NCBI GenBank assembly: GCA_025363555.1
Contig: JANYDQ010000024.1
Span: 1 to 63,953 of the forward strand
Length of the DNA stretch: 63,953 nt
Source of the DNA: Bacteroidota bacterium
GTDB lineage: Bacteria; Bacteroidota; Bacteroidia; 2-12-FULL-35-15
Direction of reading: 5' to 3'
Shown: in pieces, positions 45,452 to 54,959 of the stretch
Layout: each line of letters begins with the position of its first letter
Numbering within the stretch: the stretch's first letter is position 1
The notes under the pieces: model-generated
The model's database searches: none
What the model saw: the letters and a program-made list of their open reading frames with translations, nothing else
Told to the model about the DNA's origin: nothing
Translations under genes and position numbers: made by a program

Positions 45452-46435
45452 TTGTCCAATAGGAGCATTGCATATCAACAGGAGATAGAGCTGGCGCTGA
45501 AGGATAAAATTTACGGCTCTCACCCTAAAGAACTTTACGAGCCTATTTCTTACATCATGTCGTTAGGTGGCAAACGCCTCCGACCGGTATTTGTATTAAT
45601 GGCTTGCGATTTTTTCGGGGGCGATACTGCCAAAGCCATCCATCCTGCCATAGCAGTAGAACTGTTTCATAACTTCACGCTCGTGCACGATGATATAATG
45701 GACAATGCACCCTTGCGCAGAAGTCAACCTACCGTTCATGAAAAATGGAACGGCAACACTGCTATTTTATCTGCCGATGCCATGATGGTGAAAGCCTACC
45801 AGGAACTCTGTAAAGCCGACAATTCAATGCTTCCCAAGCTGCTCGATATTTTCAGCGACACCGCGGTAAAGGTTTGCGAAGGTCAGCAACTCGACATGAA
45901 TTTCGAAAAACTTTCCAAAGTTCCCATCCTTCATTATTTAAAAATGATTGAATTAAAAACGGCTGTGCTGTTAGCCGGAAGTTTAAAAATGGGTGCTATT
46001 ATTGGGGGCGCAAGAGACGAAGATGCCCAGTCTCTTTATAATTTTGGCAAACATATTGGCATTGCCTTTCAATTGCAGGACGATATTTTAGACGTTTTTG
46101 CCGATTCCGAAAAATTCGGCAAACAAAAAGGAGGGGACATCATTGCCAATAAAAAAACATATCTTTTACTCAAAGCAATTGAATTAGCCGAAGGAAACCG
46201 GTATATGAATGAAGAATTGCAGCAGTGGATCAACGCTCCAGAATTTAATGCTGCCGAAAAAGTGGAAGCCGTTACCAACATCTACAATTTTTTAAACGTA
46301 AAAGAACTGGCTCACCAGGAAATGAAAAAACAATACGACATTGCTCTCAAACATCTTCACCCTATCCCGGTTACCCAGTCAAAAAAAGATGAACTCATTT
46401 CGTTCGCCCAAAGTTTAATGGTTCGACAGATATGA
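45452..46435 (+). CDS. polyprenyl diphosphate synthase
   Basis: GGKRLRP, first Asp-rich motif LVHDDIMD, KTAVL, second motif FQLQDDILD, and GKQKGGDI. It apparently uses a TTG start because no ATG lies upstream of the conserved N-terminal region. Confidence 0.85.
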   Translation: MSNRSIAYQQEIELALKDKIYGSHPKELYEPISYIMSLGGKRLRPVFVLMACDFFGGDTAKAIHPAIAVELFHNFTLVHDDIMDNAPLRRSQPTVHEKWNGNTAILSADAMMVKAYQELCKADNSMLPKLLDIFSDTAVKVCEGQQLDMNFEKLSKVPILHYLKMIELKTAVLLAGSLKMGAIIGGARDEDAQSLYNFGKHIGIAFQLQDDILDVFADSEKFGKQKGGDIIANKKTYLLLKAIELAEGNRYMNEELQQWINAPEFNAAEKVEAVTNIYNFLNVKELAHQEMKKQYDIALKHLHPIPVTQSKKDELISFAQSLMVRQI

Positions 46436-46481
46436 GGTCACCAATTACGAATCAATATCAATTTCCAAATCGAAATTTTAA

Positions 46482-47261
46482 ATGTATAGGGGTGAGGTCA
46501 AACAAATGAATTATTTATTAATCATACCTCGTGCGTTGTGGAAAACCTTTTTTATTCTCAACTTTGTCCTTGGCTTAATCGTTCTTTATCCTTTCTTTTT
46601 TATCCTCCTATCAAAAAGAAAATGGTTCCCGCTTGCCTACCGCCTCAAGCGGTTTTGGGCTCGGTGGATAATGATTGTTCCCCTCTTGTTTTATAAAATA
46701 ACCTGGAAAACAAAAAAAGAAAACCTTCCACAGCCCTGTATTTATTGCGCCAACCATGCTTCTTACCTGGACATTGTGCTTAGCTATTTAGTCATTCCCA
46801 AATTTTTTGTCTTTATGGGAAAACAGGAATTGGACAGGGTGCCTCTCTTCCGCATTTTTTTCAAAGACATGAACATTCTTGTGAACCGTCAAAACCTCAA
46901 ATCCTCTCACCGGGCTTTTGTTCGCGCCGGTGTCGACATTGACCGTGGACAGGCAGTTTTTATTTTTCCCGAAGCCGGAATTTCAAGTTCCGGAAAACTA
47001 AGAGGATTCAAAAACGGAGCATTCAAACTCGCCATCGAAAAACAAATTCCCGTAGTGCCCATCACCTATCTCAACAACTGGAAACTTATACAAAATGGCG
47101 GATTTTTTAAAACCACCGGCAAACCTGGCATTTCTCGCGTAGTGGTTCACCCGCCAATATCCACCATCGGCATGAGTCAGGAAGATTTAATACCTTTGCG
47201 CACGCAGGTTTATAATATCATACAAAACGAACTTAACAACCATACCAATGAAAATAGATAA
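46482..47261 (+). CDS. plsC: 1-acyl-sn-glycerol-3-phosphate acyltransferase
   Basis: N-terminal TM, HX4D box CANHASYLDI, and FPEAGIS block. An alternative ATG is at 46506. Confidence 0.75.
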   Translation: MYRGEVKQMNYLLIIPRALWKTFFILNFVLGLIVLYPFFFILLSKRKWFPLAYRLKRFWARWIMIVPLLFYKITWKTKKENLPQPCIYCANHASYLDIVLSYLVIPKFFVFMGKQELDRVPLFRIFFKDMNILVNRQNLKSSHRAFVRAGVDIDRGQAVFIFPEAGISSSGKLRGFKNGAFKLAIEKQIPVVPITYLNNWKLIQNGGFFKTTGKPGISRVVVHPPISTIGMSQEDLIPLRTQVYNIIQNELNNHTNENR

Positions 47262-47538
47262 TCAAACCGTGGACAAAATTGCCCACCTTGCCCGCCTCGA
47301 ATTTCAAAACGAAGCAAAAGAAGCCATCATTAAAGATATGAACAGCATGCTGGCTTTCATCGAAAAACTCAACGAACTCGACACCACCTCTATTGAACCT
47401 CTTATATATATGAGTGACGAAGTGAACAACCTGCGCGAAGACGAAGTGAAACCCGAAATTACCCAAACCGAAGGACTAAAAAACGCCTCCAAACACGATT
47501 CCGATTATATAAAAGTTCCCAAAGTAATAAACAAATAA
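47248..47538 (+). CDS. gatC: Asp-tRNA(Asn)/Glu-tRNA(Gln) amidotransferase subunit C
   Basis: VDKIAHLARLEF...E......M...L.FIEKLNELDT..IEP in a 96-aa protein. Confidence 0.85.
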   Translation: MKIDNQTVDKIAHLARLEFQNEAKEAIIKDMNSMLAFIEKLNELDTTSIEPLIYMSDEVNNLREDEVKPEITQTEGLKNASKHDSDYIKVPKVINK

Positions 47539-47675
47539 CTACCCTCCGCATCTGTTGGGGATAACGGGAATTCCTTCATTAAGAAATGCTCAGATAAGTT
47601 CTTTTAAGGTTCAACAAGATAATTTTATATCTTCGGGCTTTCTCTTTTTAAATATTTACAGTTAGTTTTATTGGT

Positions 47676-48890
47676 TTGAAAAAGTGGGATGCTTTTATTA
47701 GGTTATTAAAAAAACCTTCGTTTATTTTTGGGATGTATGTGGTGGTAGCTGCGGGTGCTGCTATTCACCTGGAATTGTTTGATATTTTTTCGTCTTACCG
47801 CGAAGGTACTGCCGATTTTATTTTGAACAGTTCGATGAATAATTATATCATTTACCAGGATTCGTTTCTGCATTTGATTCATCACGAGATGATGTATGGT
47901 TATCATTGGAGTGAGTATTATGACTGGTATTTGTATAGCCCTTCTTTTCCTTTTTTAATTATGCCGTTTGCGTTGTTGCCAAAATATATCGGTGTGGTGG
48001 TGTGGTGTGTTTTTAATGCGCTGGCTTTGTTTTATGGTATTAAACTATTGAATATAGAGGAAAGGAAAAAAGTTTTTATATGGTGGTTTGTGTTGCAGGA
48101 GTTGATTATTTCTATTCAGAATGTGCAGGTGAACCCGCTTGTGGCTGCGTTATTTATTTTTACGTTTGTTGCTTTTGAACGAAAAAAAGTGGGCGTAGCG
48201 GCATTAATTATTGCTTGCAGTTTGTTTATTAAAGTTTTTGGTATTGTGGGGGCTTCTTTGTTTATTCTCTATCCGCAACGGTTAAAATTTATTGGGTATT
48301 TAATTTTTTGGTGCGGTGTGGTGTTTTTTTTGCCGCTGGTTTTCATTTCGTTTGATGAATTGATGAAACAATACATGGGATGGTACAGTACCATTATCAA
48401 TCTTCATAGTACCAATGTAAACGACTTTTCGGTAATGCAGTTGTTGTCTTCTTTTTTTCGTTTCAGCTTGAGCGATGCATTGAGGTATTCCATTCAGGGG
48501 ACGGCAGTTATTTTATTTTGTGTAAAATATATTCGTTACAAATCGTTTGGCGATTCGCAATTTCGATTATTGTTTTTAGCTTCCATATTGGTATGGACTA
48601 CTATTTTTAATAATGCTGTCGAATCGCCCAGTTTTATTATAGCTATAACAGGAGTTTCCATTTGGTACATAGCCGATGCAAAGAGCAAATTGAATTTGGT
48701 GTTACTTATCCTGGCACTTATTTTAACCAGTTTTTCGCATTCGGATTTGTTTCCACGGTATGTGCGCGATAATTTTATTGACCCGTTTACCTTAAAATGC
48801 TTACCTTGTTTCTTAATTTGGTTGAAAATAGAGTATGAATTAGTGTTTAGAAAAAAAGAAATGCCTGCAAGAATACATGTCGGAAAATAA
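47676..48890 (+). CDS. polytopic membrane protein, DUF2029/GT87-like (GT-C type) glycosyltransferase candidate
   Basis: 404 aa, about 10 TM spans. A TTG start is needed to keep the first TM intact. The stop overlaps the GT2 gene by 14 nt, which suggests coupling. Confidence 0.4.
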   Translation: MKKWDAFIRLLKKPSFIFGMYVVVAAGAAIHLELFDIFSSYREGTADFILNSSMNNYIIYQDSFLHLIHHEMMYGYHWSEYYDWYLYSPSFPFLIMPFALLPKYIGVVVWCVFNALALFYGIKLLNIEERKKVFIWWFVLQELIISIQNVQVNPLVAALFIFTFVAFERKKVGVAALIIACSLFIKVFGIVGASLFILYPQRLKFIGYLIFWCGVVFFLPLVFISFDELMKQYMGWYSTIINLHSTNVNDFSVMQLLSSFFRFSLSDALRYSIQGTAVILFCVKYIRYKSFGDSQFRLLFLASILVWTTIFNNAVESPSFIIAITGVSIWYIADAKSKLNLVLLILALILTSFSHSDLFPRYVRDNFIDPFTLKCLPCFLIWLKIEYELVFRKKEMPARIHVGK

Positions 48891-49617
48891 AAATACTATT
48901 GTTGATCTGGATATTATCCAGCCGTGTTACAACCCTTTACCGGGCTGGGAGCAGTCGGTATGGCTGCATTATACTGATGTAATGGAACTGCTGCCGGGGG
49001 TTGCTGTTAATTTAATAATTGTAAACGATGGTTCAGTAAAAAACATAGATGACAAGACTGTGCAATTTTTGAAAGAAAGAATAAAGGATTTTCAATATAT
49101 TAGTTACGAACCTAACAGAGGAAAAGGGAATGCCTTGCGAACCGGTATAAAGGCAAGTAAAGGGCGGCTCCAGATTTATACAGATATAGATTTTCCATAC
49201 GAATTAATTCACATTAAAGAAATTTACGAGTTGCTTGTGCAGGGTGCGGATATTGTTTCGGGTGTGAGGAAAAAAAATTATTACCAGACACTTTCGCCTC
49301 AACGATGGCTGGCTTCTAAAATGTCCCAGATATTAAATCGCTTGTTTTTGCGTTTGCCTTTTAACGATACACAATCGGGATTGAAAGGAATAAACAGGAA
49401 AGGACGCATGATTTTTTTGCGAACCACTATAGAGCGTTACCTGGCAGACACCGAGTTCCTGGCGCTTGCGGCAAAAACGAGAAAATTAAAATTGGTTCCA
49501 CACGAGGTTTCGCTTCGCGAAGGAATTATACTTTCTAAAATGAGTTTCAACACATTTATGCGCGAGTTCAGAAATTTCATTACCGTTTATTCCATTGTAT
49601 TTAAAAGAAAAGCTTAA
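48877..49617 (+). CDS. family 2 glycosyltransferase (ArnC/GtrB-like)
   Basis: IIQPCYNP, LIIVNDGS, NRGKGNALRTG, YTDIDFPY (DxD), and SGLKG. Confidence 0.65.
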   Translation: MSENKNTIVDLDIIQPCYNPLPGWEQSVWLHYTDVMELLPGVAVNLIIVNDGSVKNIDDKTVQFLKERIKDFQYISYEPNRGKGNALRTGIKASKGRLQIYTDIDFPYELIHIKEIYELLVQGADIVSGVRKKNYYQTLSPQRWLASKMSQILNRLFLRLPFNDTQSGLKGINRKGRMIFLRTTIERYLADTEFLALAAKTRKLKLVPHEVSLREGIILSKMSFNTFMREFRNFITVYSIVFKRKA

Positions 49618-49620
49618 GCC

Positions 49621-50391
49621 ATGCTGAAAATATTGCTAACCTTTGATTTGGAAGAATTTGATGTGCCGGAAGAATACGGAAATAAAATTCCGTTTGAAAA
49701 ACAAATTGAAGTTTCTACGACTGGACTTCACAAAGTAATTGCTCTTTTAGACAAACACCAAATTGTGTGCACTTTTTTTACCACCGCCACTTATGCGCTG
49801 CAACAGCCGGAACTGGTAAAAGCGATTGCAAAGAATCATGAAGTAGCGTCTCACGGGTATTATCATTCTTCGTTCAAGGCAGAGGATTTAAGAAATTCGA
49901 AAGAGGCATTGGAAAAAATTATTTTGAAACCGGTAACGGGTTTTAGAATGGCACGACTTGCGCCTGTTGATGACAATGAAATAGAAAAAGCAGGGTACAG
50001 CTATAACTCTTCTATGAATCCTACTTTCATTCCCGGACGATATAATCACCTGAACAAACCACGGACAGCCTTTTTTATCGGTAAGGTGTTAACTATTCCT
50101 ACTTCAGTTTCTCCCAATATCCGTGTGCCGTTGTTTTGGTTAAGTTTTAAAAATTTTCCGTTATGGTATTTTAAATTGCTGTTAAAAAAAACATTGAAGC
50201 GCGACAAAATGGTTTCACTTTATTTTCACCCCTGGGAATTTACGGATATTAAAAACTACCAGCTTCCAAAATACATTAGTAAGCATAGTGGAGATGTTAT
50301 GCTGGAAAGACTGGAAGAGATAATTACGGAACTGAAAACTAAGGCGGAGTTTATAACAATGCAGGATTTTGCAAGAGGATTTAAACGATAA
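49621..50391 (+). CDS. polysaccharide deacetylase (CE4) family protein
   Basis: LLTFDLEEFD (Asp-pair motif 1), ATFFTT, EVASHGYYH (His motif 2), and YFHPWEF. Confidence 0.65.
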   Translation: MLKILLTFDLEEFDVPEEYGNKIPFEKQIEVSTTGLHKVIALLDKHQIVCTFFTTATYALQQPELVKAIAKNHEVASHGYYHSSFKAEDLRNSKEALEKIILKPVTGFRMARLAPVDDNEIEKAGYSYNSSMNPTFIPGRYNHLNKPRTAFFIGKVLTIPTSVSPNIRVPLFWLSFKNFPLWYFKLLLKKTLKRDKMVSLYFHPWEFTDIKNYQLPKYISKHSGDVMLERLEEIITELKTKAEFITMQDFARGFKR

Positions 50392-50405
50392 TCTATTACC
50401 CCTAA

Positions 50406-50846
50406 TTATTTACTCAATAACTCTTTTACAATAGTCGAAATTACTTTTCCATCTGCTTTTCCTGCTAATTGTTTGGAAGCCGCCCCCATCACTTTTCCCA
50501 TGTCGGAAGGAGAAGTGGCACCTACAGATAAAATTATTGCGGCAACTTCTGTTCTGATATTATCTTCACTCATTTGTTTTGGTAAATATGCCTCTATGAC
50601 TGCAGCTTGTGCCAATTCCACTTCTGCCAGTTCAGGGCGGTTTTGAGTGTTATATACATCAGCAGTTTCTTTGCGTTGCTTCACCATTTTCAATAATGCC
50701 TTTTGTTCGGTTTCATCCGAATAACCCTCGGGAGAGGTTTTTAAAATAATAATTGCGGATTTAATAGCACGAAGTGCTTCCAGTTTTGCAGCATCCCTGA
50801 CTAACATTGCCGTTTTTATTTCGGTATTTATTTTTTCTTCAATCAT
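50406..50846 (-). CDS. GatB/YqeY domain protein
   Basis: I..IKTAM...D..KL..LR.IKSAI, EAYLPKQMSEDNIRTEV, and MGKVMGAASKQLAGKADGK. Confidence 0.85.
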   Translation of the reverse strand: MIEEKINTEIKTAMLVRDAAKLEALRAIKSAIIILKTSPEGYSDETEQKALLKMVKQRKETADVYNTQNRPELAEVELAQAAVIEAYLPKQMSEDNIRTEVAAIILSVGATSPSDMGKVMGAASKQLAGKADGKVISTIVKELLSK

Positions 50847-50902
50847 GGTTTTAAATTTTTATTGGGAAGCGAAATTAATAAAAAGTAATGCAACATATAA
50901 AT

Positions 50903-50941
50903 AAAAAACGCCCCGAATAACTTTTCAGTTATCTTGGGGCG
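50903..50941 (-). terminator. orphan terminator-like hairpin (minus strand)
   Basis: CGCCCC..ATAACT tttc AGTTAT..GGGGCG. On the minus strand it is followed by TTTTTTAT. No minus-strand gene lies upstream of it, and it sits 57 nt upstream of the yqeY-like start codon. Confidence 0.4.
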
Positions 50942-51087
50942 CGAAACCTCTGGGTGGTGGTTTTTTAATTTTAATCTCTAATCAATAATATAGACGCTTA
51001 TAATGGACAAAAGGTTGCATGGGAATGAAAAAATCATTTAAAATATGTAATTTTATGGACAAATATTTACACCATACAAACCACTTT

Positions 51088-51759
51088 ATGAATTTCAGGA
51101 AGCTTTTTAATTTATTTGTATTTCTGCCCTTTTGCCTTTCATTAGCTTCATTTCATTGCATTACCAGCGAGTGGACATTAAAAAAAAGCAGCGATGGAGT
51201 AACCGTTTATAACCGGGAAGTAGATAATTCTTTGATAAAAGAACTGAAAGCAGTAACGCAAATAAAAACGACACTTTCAAGTATCATTGCCCTGTTGAAC
51301 GACCGCGAAACGTACCCTCAATGGGTATATAAATGTGAAAAATCGTACATGGTTAAAAAAATAAGCGAGTCGGAAGCAATTTATTACCAGGATGTTTCTG
51401 CGCCCTGGCCCATTGATAATCGCGATTTTGTGGTGAACGTGGAAGTGGTGCAAAATTCGAAAACCAAAGTGGTAACTCAAAGTTCTACCTGTATTCCTGA
51501 TTACATTAAAAAATTGGAGGCACATGTGAGAATAACCGAATTTAAAGCATCGTGGACACTGACCCCGATAAAAAACGGGTTAGTTAATTGTGAGTATCAA
51601 CTGCTCGTAGACCCGGGAGGCAACCTGCCTGCCTGGCTGGTTAACCTGGCTGCTGTTGACGGACCGTTTGAAACCATAGTTAATTTAAGAGAATGGGTTT
51701 TAAAAGACAAATACCAAAAAACTACTTTCCCTTTTATTAAGGAATTGGAACAAAAATAA
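51088..51759 (+). CDS. START/SRPBCC lipid-binding domain protein (secreted)
   Basis: Signal peptide MNFRKLFNLFVFLPFCLSLASF. START-like WTLKKSSDGVTVYNREV..., PQWVYKC, SAPWPIDNRDFVV, and PAWLVN. Earlier in-frame ATGs exist from 51019. Confidence 0.6.
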   Translation: MNFRKLFNLFVFLPFCLSLASFHCITSEWTLKKSSDGVTVYNREVDNSLIKELKAVTQIKTTLSSIIALLNDRETYPQWVYKCEKSYMVKKISESEAIYYQDVSAPWPIDNRDFVVNVEVVQNSKTKVVTQSSTCIPDYIKKLEAHVRITEFKASWTLTPIKNGLVNCEYQLLVDPGGNLPAWLVNLAAVDGPFETIVNLREWVLKDKYQKTTFPFIKELEQK

Positions 51760-51785
51760 AGTAGATTTGTGAACTTTTATTAACT

Positions 51786-52667
51786 ATGACAAACCAGTTT
51801 TCTGAATCAGTTTCCCAAAAGAACGATGAAAAATTAATTGATGTGGAAAAAGCCATATCCGTTAAAAATCCAAAGCTGTATAAGTTTTTACCGCGGTTTA
51901 TCTTGAATTATATCAAACGAACCATTCACCAGGATGGCTTGAACGATGCTGCTCATCGTCATAAAAATGAATGGGGGCATGATTTTGTAGATGCCACGAT
52001 GAAAGAATTTAACATTACCGTAAAATGTATTGGTACAGAAAACATACCCGCACAAGGTGGAATAATAATGGCAGCTAATCATCCGTTAGGCGGATTGGAT
52101 GGGATAGCCTTTATAGATGCTGTAGGAGATTACAGAAAAGACGTTAAATTTTTCGTGAATGATTTATTAATGGCTTTAAAAAATTTCGACCCTTTGTTTG
52201 TTCCGGTCAATAAGCATGGAAAAAATTCGGTTGATTATACCAAAACAATGGAAGAAGTTTATTCTTCTGATAACTGTATCATGATTTTTCCTGCGGGATT
52301 GGTTTCTCGGAGACAAAAAGCCGGTGTGATTGAAGATTTGGTATGGAAAAAAAGTTTTATTACCAAGTCTGTGCAGTACAAAAAAAATATTTTGCCGGTG
52401 TATATTGATGCCCGCAATTCTGATTTTTTTTACAATTTTGCCTATTGGCGCAAAAAAATAGGCGTAAAAGCCAATCTCGAGATGTTTTTCCTGCCCGATG
52501 AAATGTATAAGCAAAAAGGGAAAACAATAACGTTTACTTTTGGAAAAGAAATTCCCTGGGAAACATTTACAAAAGAACATGCGCCTGATTATTGGGCGAA
52601 CAGGGTAAAGCAGCATGTATATGCCTTGCATTCAGGAGACAAAAAGATGATGGTGCCAACGATTTAA
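51786..52667 (+). CDS. lysophospholipid/lyso-aminolipid O-acyltransferase (PlsC/OlsA/GlsA-like)
   Basis: HX4D-type block ANHPLGGLDG and FPAGLVSRR block. Adjacent to the hemolysin-like N-acyltransferase. Confidence 0.6.
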   Translation: MTNQFSESVSQKNDEKLIDVEKAISVKNPKLYKFLPRFILNYIKRTIHQDGLNDAAHRHKNEWGHDFVDATMKEFNITVKCIGTENIPAQGGIIMAANHPLGGLDGIAFIDAVGDYRKDVKFFVNDLLMALKNFDPLFVPVNKHGKNSVDYTKTMEEVYSSDNCIMIFPAGLVSRRQKAGVIEDLVWKKSFITKSVQYKKNILPVYIDARNSDFFYNFAYWRKKIGVKANLEMFFLPDEMYKQKGKTITFTFGKEIPWETFTKEHAPDYWANRVKQHVYALHSGDKKMMVPTI

Positions 52668-52727
52668 AATTACAGATTGCAAATTTCAAATTAGGTAGAA
52701 TCCAAAACAAAAATAAAAAATACAAAA

Positions 52728-53657
52728 ATGCAAAACATTATAGAACCAGTTGCTTTACACATTCTTCAGGCAGAACTTTCACAAGAACTATTTGTACGCA
52801 CAACCAATAACGGAGAAAACGAAATTTACATCATCACTTATCATGATTCGCCAAATGTGATGAGAGAAATCGGGCGTTTGCGTGAAGTAACCTTCAGGGC
52901 TTCGGGTGGCGGAACAGGTAAAGAAATTGATATTGATGATTATGACACCGCCGACGCTCCTTACAAGCAACTTATTGTTTGGAGTCCGGAAGAAAAAGAA
53001 ATTGTGGGGGGCTATCGGTTTATTAAATGCGGAGAAGCACCTGTGGGTGAGGACGGAGTGGTGCAGCTTGCCACCACCGAATATTTTTATTTTTCGCAAC
53101 AATTTATAAAGGACTATGTTCCTTATACCATAGAGCTGGGGCGTTCATTTGTTCAACCCAAATTTCAACCCGCTATTGATAACCGCAAGGGCTTATTTTC
53201 GCTGGATAATCTATGGGACGGATTGGGTGCGATACTAGTAGATAACCCGGATATAAAATATTTTTATGGCAAAGTAACCATGTACACCCATTTTAATGTT
53301 CATGCCCGCGACATGATTCTTGCATTTATGCAATATTATTTTCCTGATAAAGACAAACTGGTTTATCCTAAAACCCCGGTTCCGATAAAAACAGATGTTT
53401 CCGAATTTTTAAAATCTATCGAAGGATTGGATTATAAGGACGGGCATAAAATATTAAGTCAGAAGGTGAGGGCACTTGGCGAAAATGTCCCTCCGTTAGT
53501 AAATGCTTATATGAATCTTTCATTGACCATGAAAATGTTTGGAACTGCACCCAATTCTCATTTCGGGGATGTGGAAGAAACGGGAATAATGGTAACTATT
53601 GCCGATATTTACCAGACGAAGATGGAACGGCATGTGGCGACTTATCGCAAGAAATGA
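52728..53657 (+). CDS. GNAT-type N-acyltransferase (OlsB/GlsB-like, hemolysin-like family)
   Basis: EIGRLREVTFRASGGGTGKEIDIDDYD, LIVWSPEEKEIVGGYRF, and ELGRSFVQPKFQ. Confidence 0.65.
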   Translation: MQNIIEPVALHILQAELSQELFVRTTNNGENEIYIITYHDSPNVMREIGRLREVTFRASGGGTGKEIDIDDYDTADAPYKQLIVWSPEEKEIVGGYRFIKCGEAPVGEDGVVQLATTEYFYFSQQFIKDYVPYTIELGRSFVQPKFQPAIDNRKGLFSLDNLWDGLGAILVDNPDIKYFYGKVTMYTHFNVHARDMILAFMQYYFPDKDKLVYPKTPVPIKTDVSEFLKSIEGLDYKDGHKILSQKVRALGENVPPLVNAYMNLSLTMKMFGTAPNSHFGDVEETGIMVTIADIYQTKMERHVATYRKK

Positions 53658-53669
53658 TTTTTGTTTTTT

Positions 53670-54557
53670 TTAGGCATTAATAACAGTTCTTAACTGTTTT
53701 TCATTTAATAACCTGTTCACTCTTTTTTCTGCAATTTGTTTTTTTGTTTCCAGCCATTTGTCCCCGGCCATTTTAATGAGCAATTTATCAAATGGAATTA
53801 TCATAAAGTTAAAAAGCCCTTCCAGTTGTGTTTTAAAGGTAGTTGCAATTTTGCGATAGCTAACCGAAAAACCCCCTTCCAGGTAAGTCATATAATGCCA
53901 GTAGCCGCTTGGCATAAAAATGCTGTCGCCCGGTTCAAGGATGATGTCGTACCCTTTTACATAACGTAAGCCGGGATACTTTTCATAATCGGGATTATCC
54001 ACATTAATCAGTGAATACGTGTTTAACGGCAAACAATACAGCAAATCCCTGTATTCAGGAGCAAAAAGAACCACCCGTTTTTTGCCACCAAACTGGGTAA
54101 GCAGCACATTGGACATATCCACATCATAATGTATTCTCACCTTGGTATCTTTTCCTCCGAAAAACATGTGAGCGGTTTTGTCCAAAATACCTTTAAACAG
54201 TTCCGGGCATGGATATTCTTCTCGAAGACCGGGATTGAATTTAAAAAGGTTGAACAAAAAAATACGAAAATGGGTGTATTCGTTTTTAGCAATAATGTTT
54301 AGAAATTCCGAAAAGTTCATTTTTAAATCAGCCGAAGTAAATGCTGAAGCCGAACCTTTAGGGTTGCGATTGTCGAATACATCCACTTTCACATTTCCCA
54401 TTTTTTCCTTAAAGTAATCAAGCGACCATTTTTGAGCCGAAATAGTGTTTTCGGTAAGTCCTTTTATAACCACAGGTGTTTGAGTTTTCAAATATTTCCT
54501 GTTAAATTCTTCTGTGCTGATGTTGCGCACAACATCTGCCTTTAATGATAAATCCAT
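53670..54557 (-). CDS. cupin-like / JmjC domain protein
   Basis: PVVIKG...W, FFGGKDTKVRIHYD (His-x-Asp), VLFAP, and FMPSGYWHYM (second His). Confidence 0.65.
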   Translation of the reverse strand: MDLSLKADVVRNISTEEFNRKYLKTQTPVVIKGLTENTISAQKWSLDYFKEKMGNVKVDVFDNRNPKGSASAFTSADLKMNFSEFLNIIAKNEYTHFRIFLFNLFKFNPGLREEYPCPELFKGILDKTAHMFFGGKDTKVRIHYDVDMSNVLLTQFGGKKRVVLFAPEYRDLLYCLPLNTYSLINVDNPDYEKYPGLRYVKGYDIILEPGDSIFMPSGYWHYMTYLEGGFSVSYRKIATTFKTQLEGLFNFMIIPFDKLLIKMAGDKWLETKKQIAEKRVNRLLNEKQLRTVINA

Positions 54558-54765
54558 AGAAGTAGTTTTTTAATTTTTTTATTTATTGGACGTTTTATTT
54601 TAATGTTAGTTTATTTATACTACGTTTTAAAACGGTTTTCTTAGAATTTTTTGCTACAAATTTTATTCCAATCACCGCCTTTTTTTAACCTTACAAAGTT
54701 CCAACTATTAGGTGCAACGATTATTATATAATTTTAGGGTATTATTATAAATTGAAGGGGTAAAT

Positions 54766-54891
54766 TAGCTCCTTATATAAATATATTAGCTCCTTATATA
54801 AATATATTAGCTCCTCATATAAATGTATTTGCTCCTTATATAAATATATTAGCTCCTCATATAAATGTATTTGCTCCTCATAAATCTTGTT
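54766..54891 (+). repeat. tandem array of 6 units of 21 bp (alternating unit variants, 42-bp higher order)
   Basis: The units in order are TTAGCTCCTTATATAAATATA twice, TTAGCTCCTCATATAAATGTA, TTTGCTCCTTATATAAATATA, TTAGCTCCTCATATAAATGTA, and a decayed TTTGCTCCTCATAAATCTTGT. The array lies in the divergent intergenic region between the JmjC-like gene and engB. Confidence 0.9.
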
Positions 54892-54959
54892 TTGCTATTA
54901 ATATACTATGGACTTACCACTTTTTAAGCTAATTTCGCAAAAAAATAAGTAGAGATACC

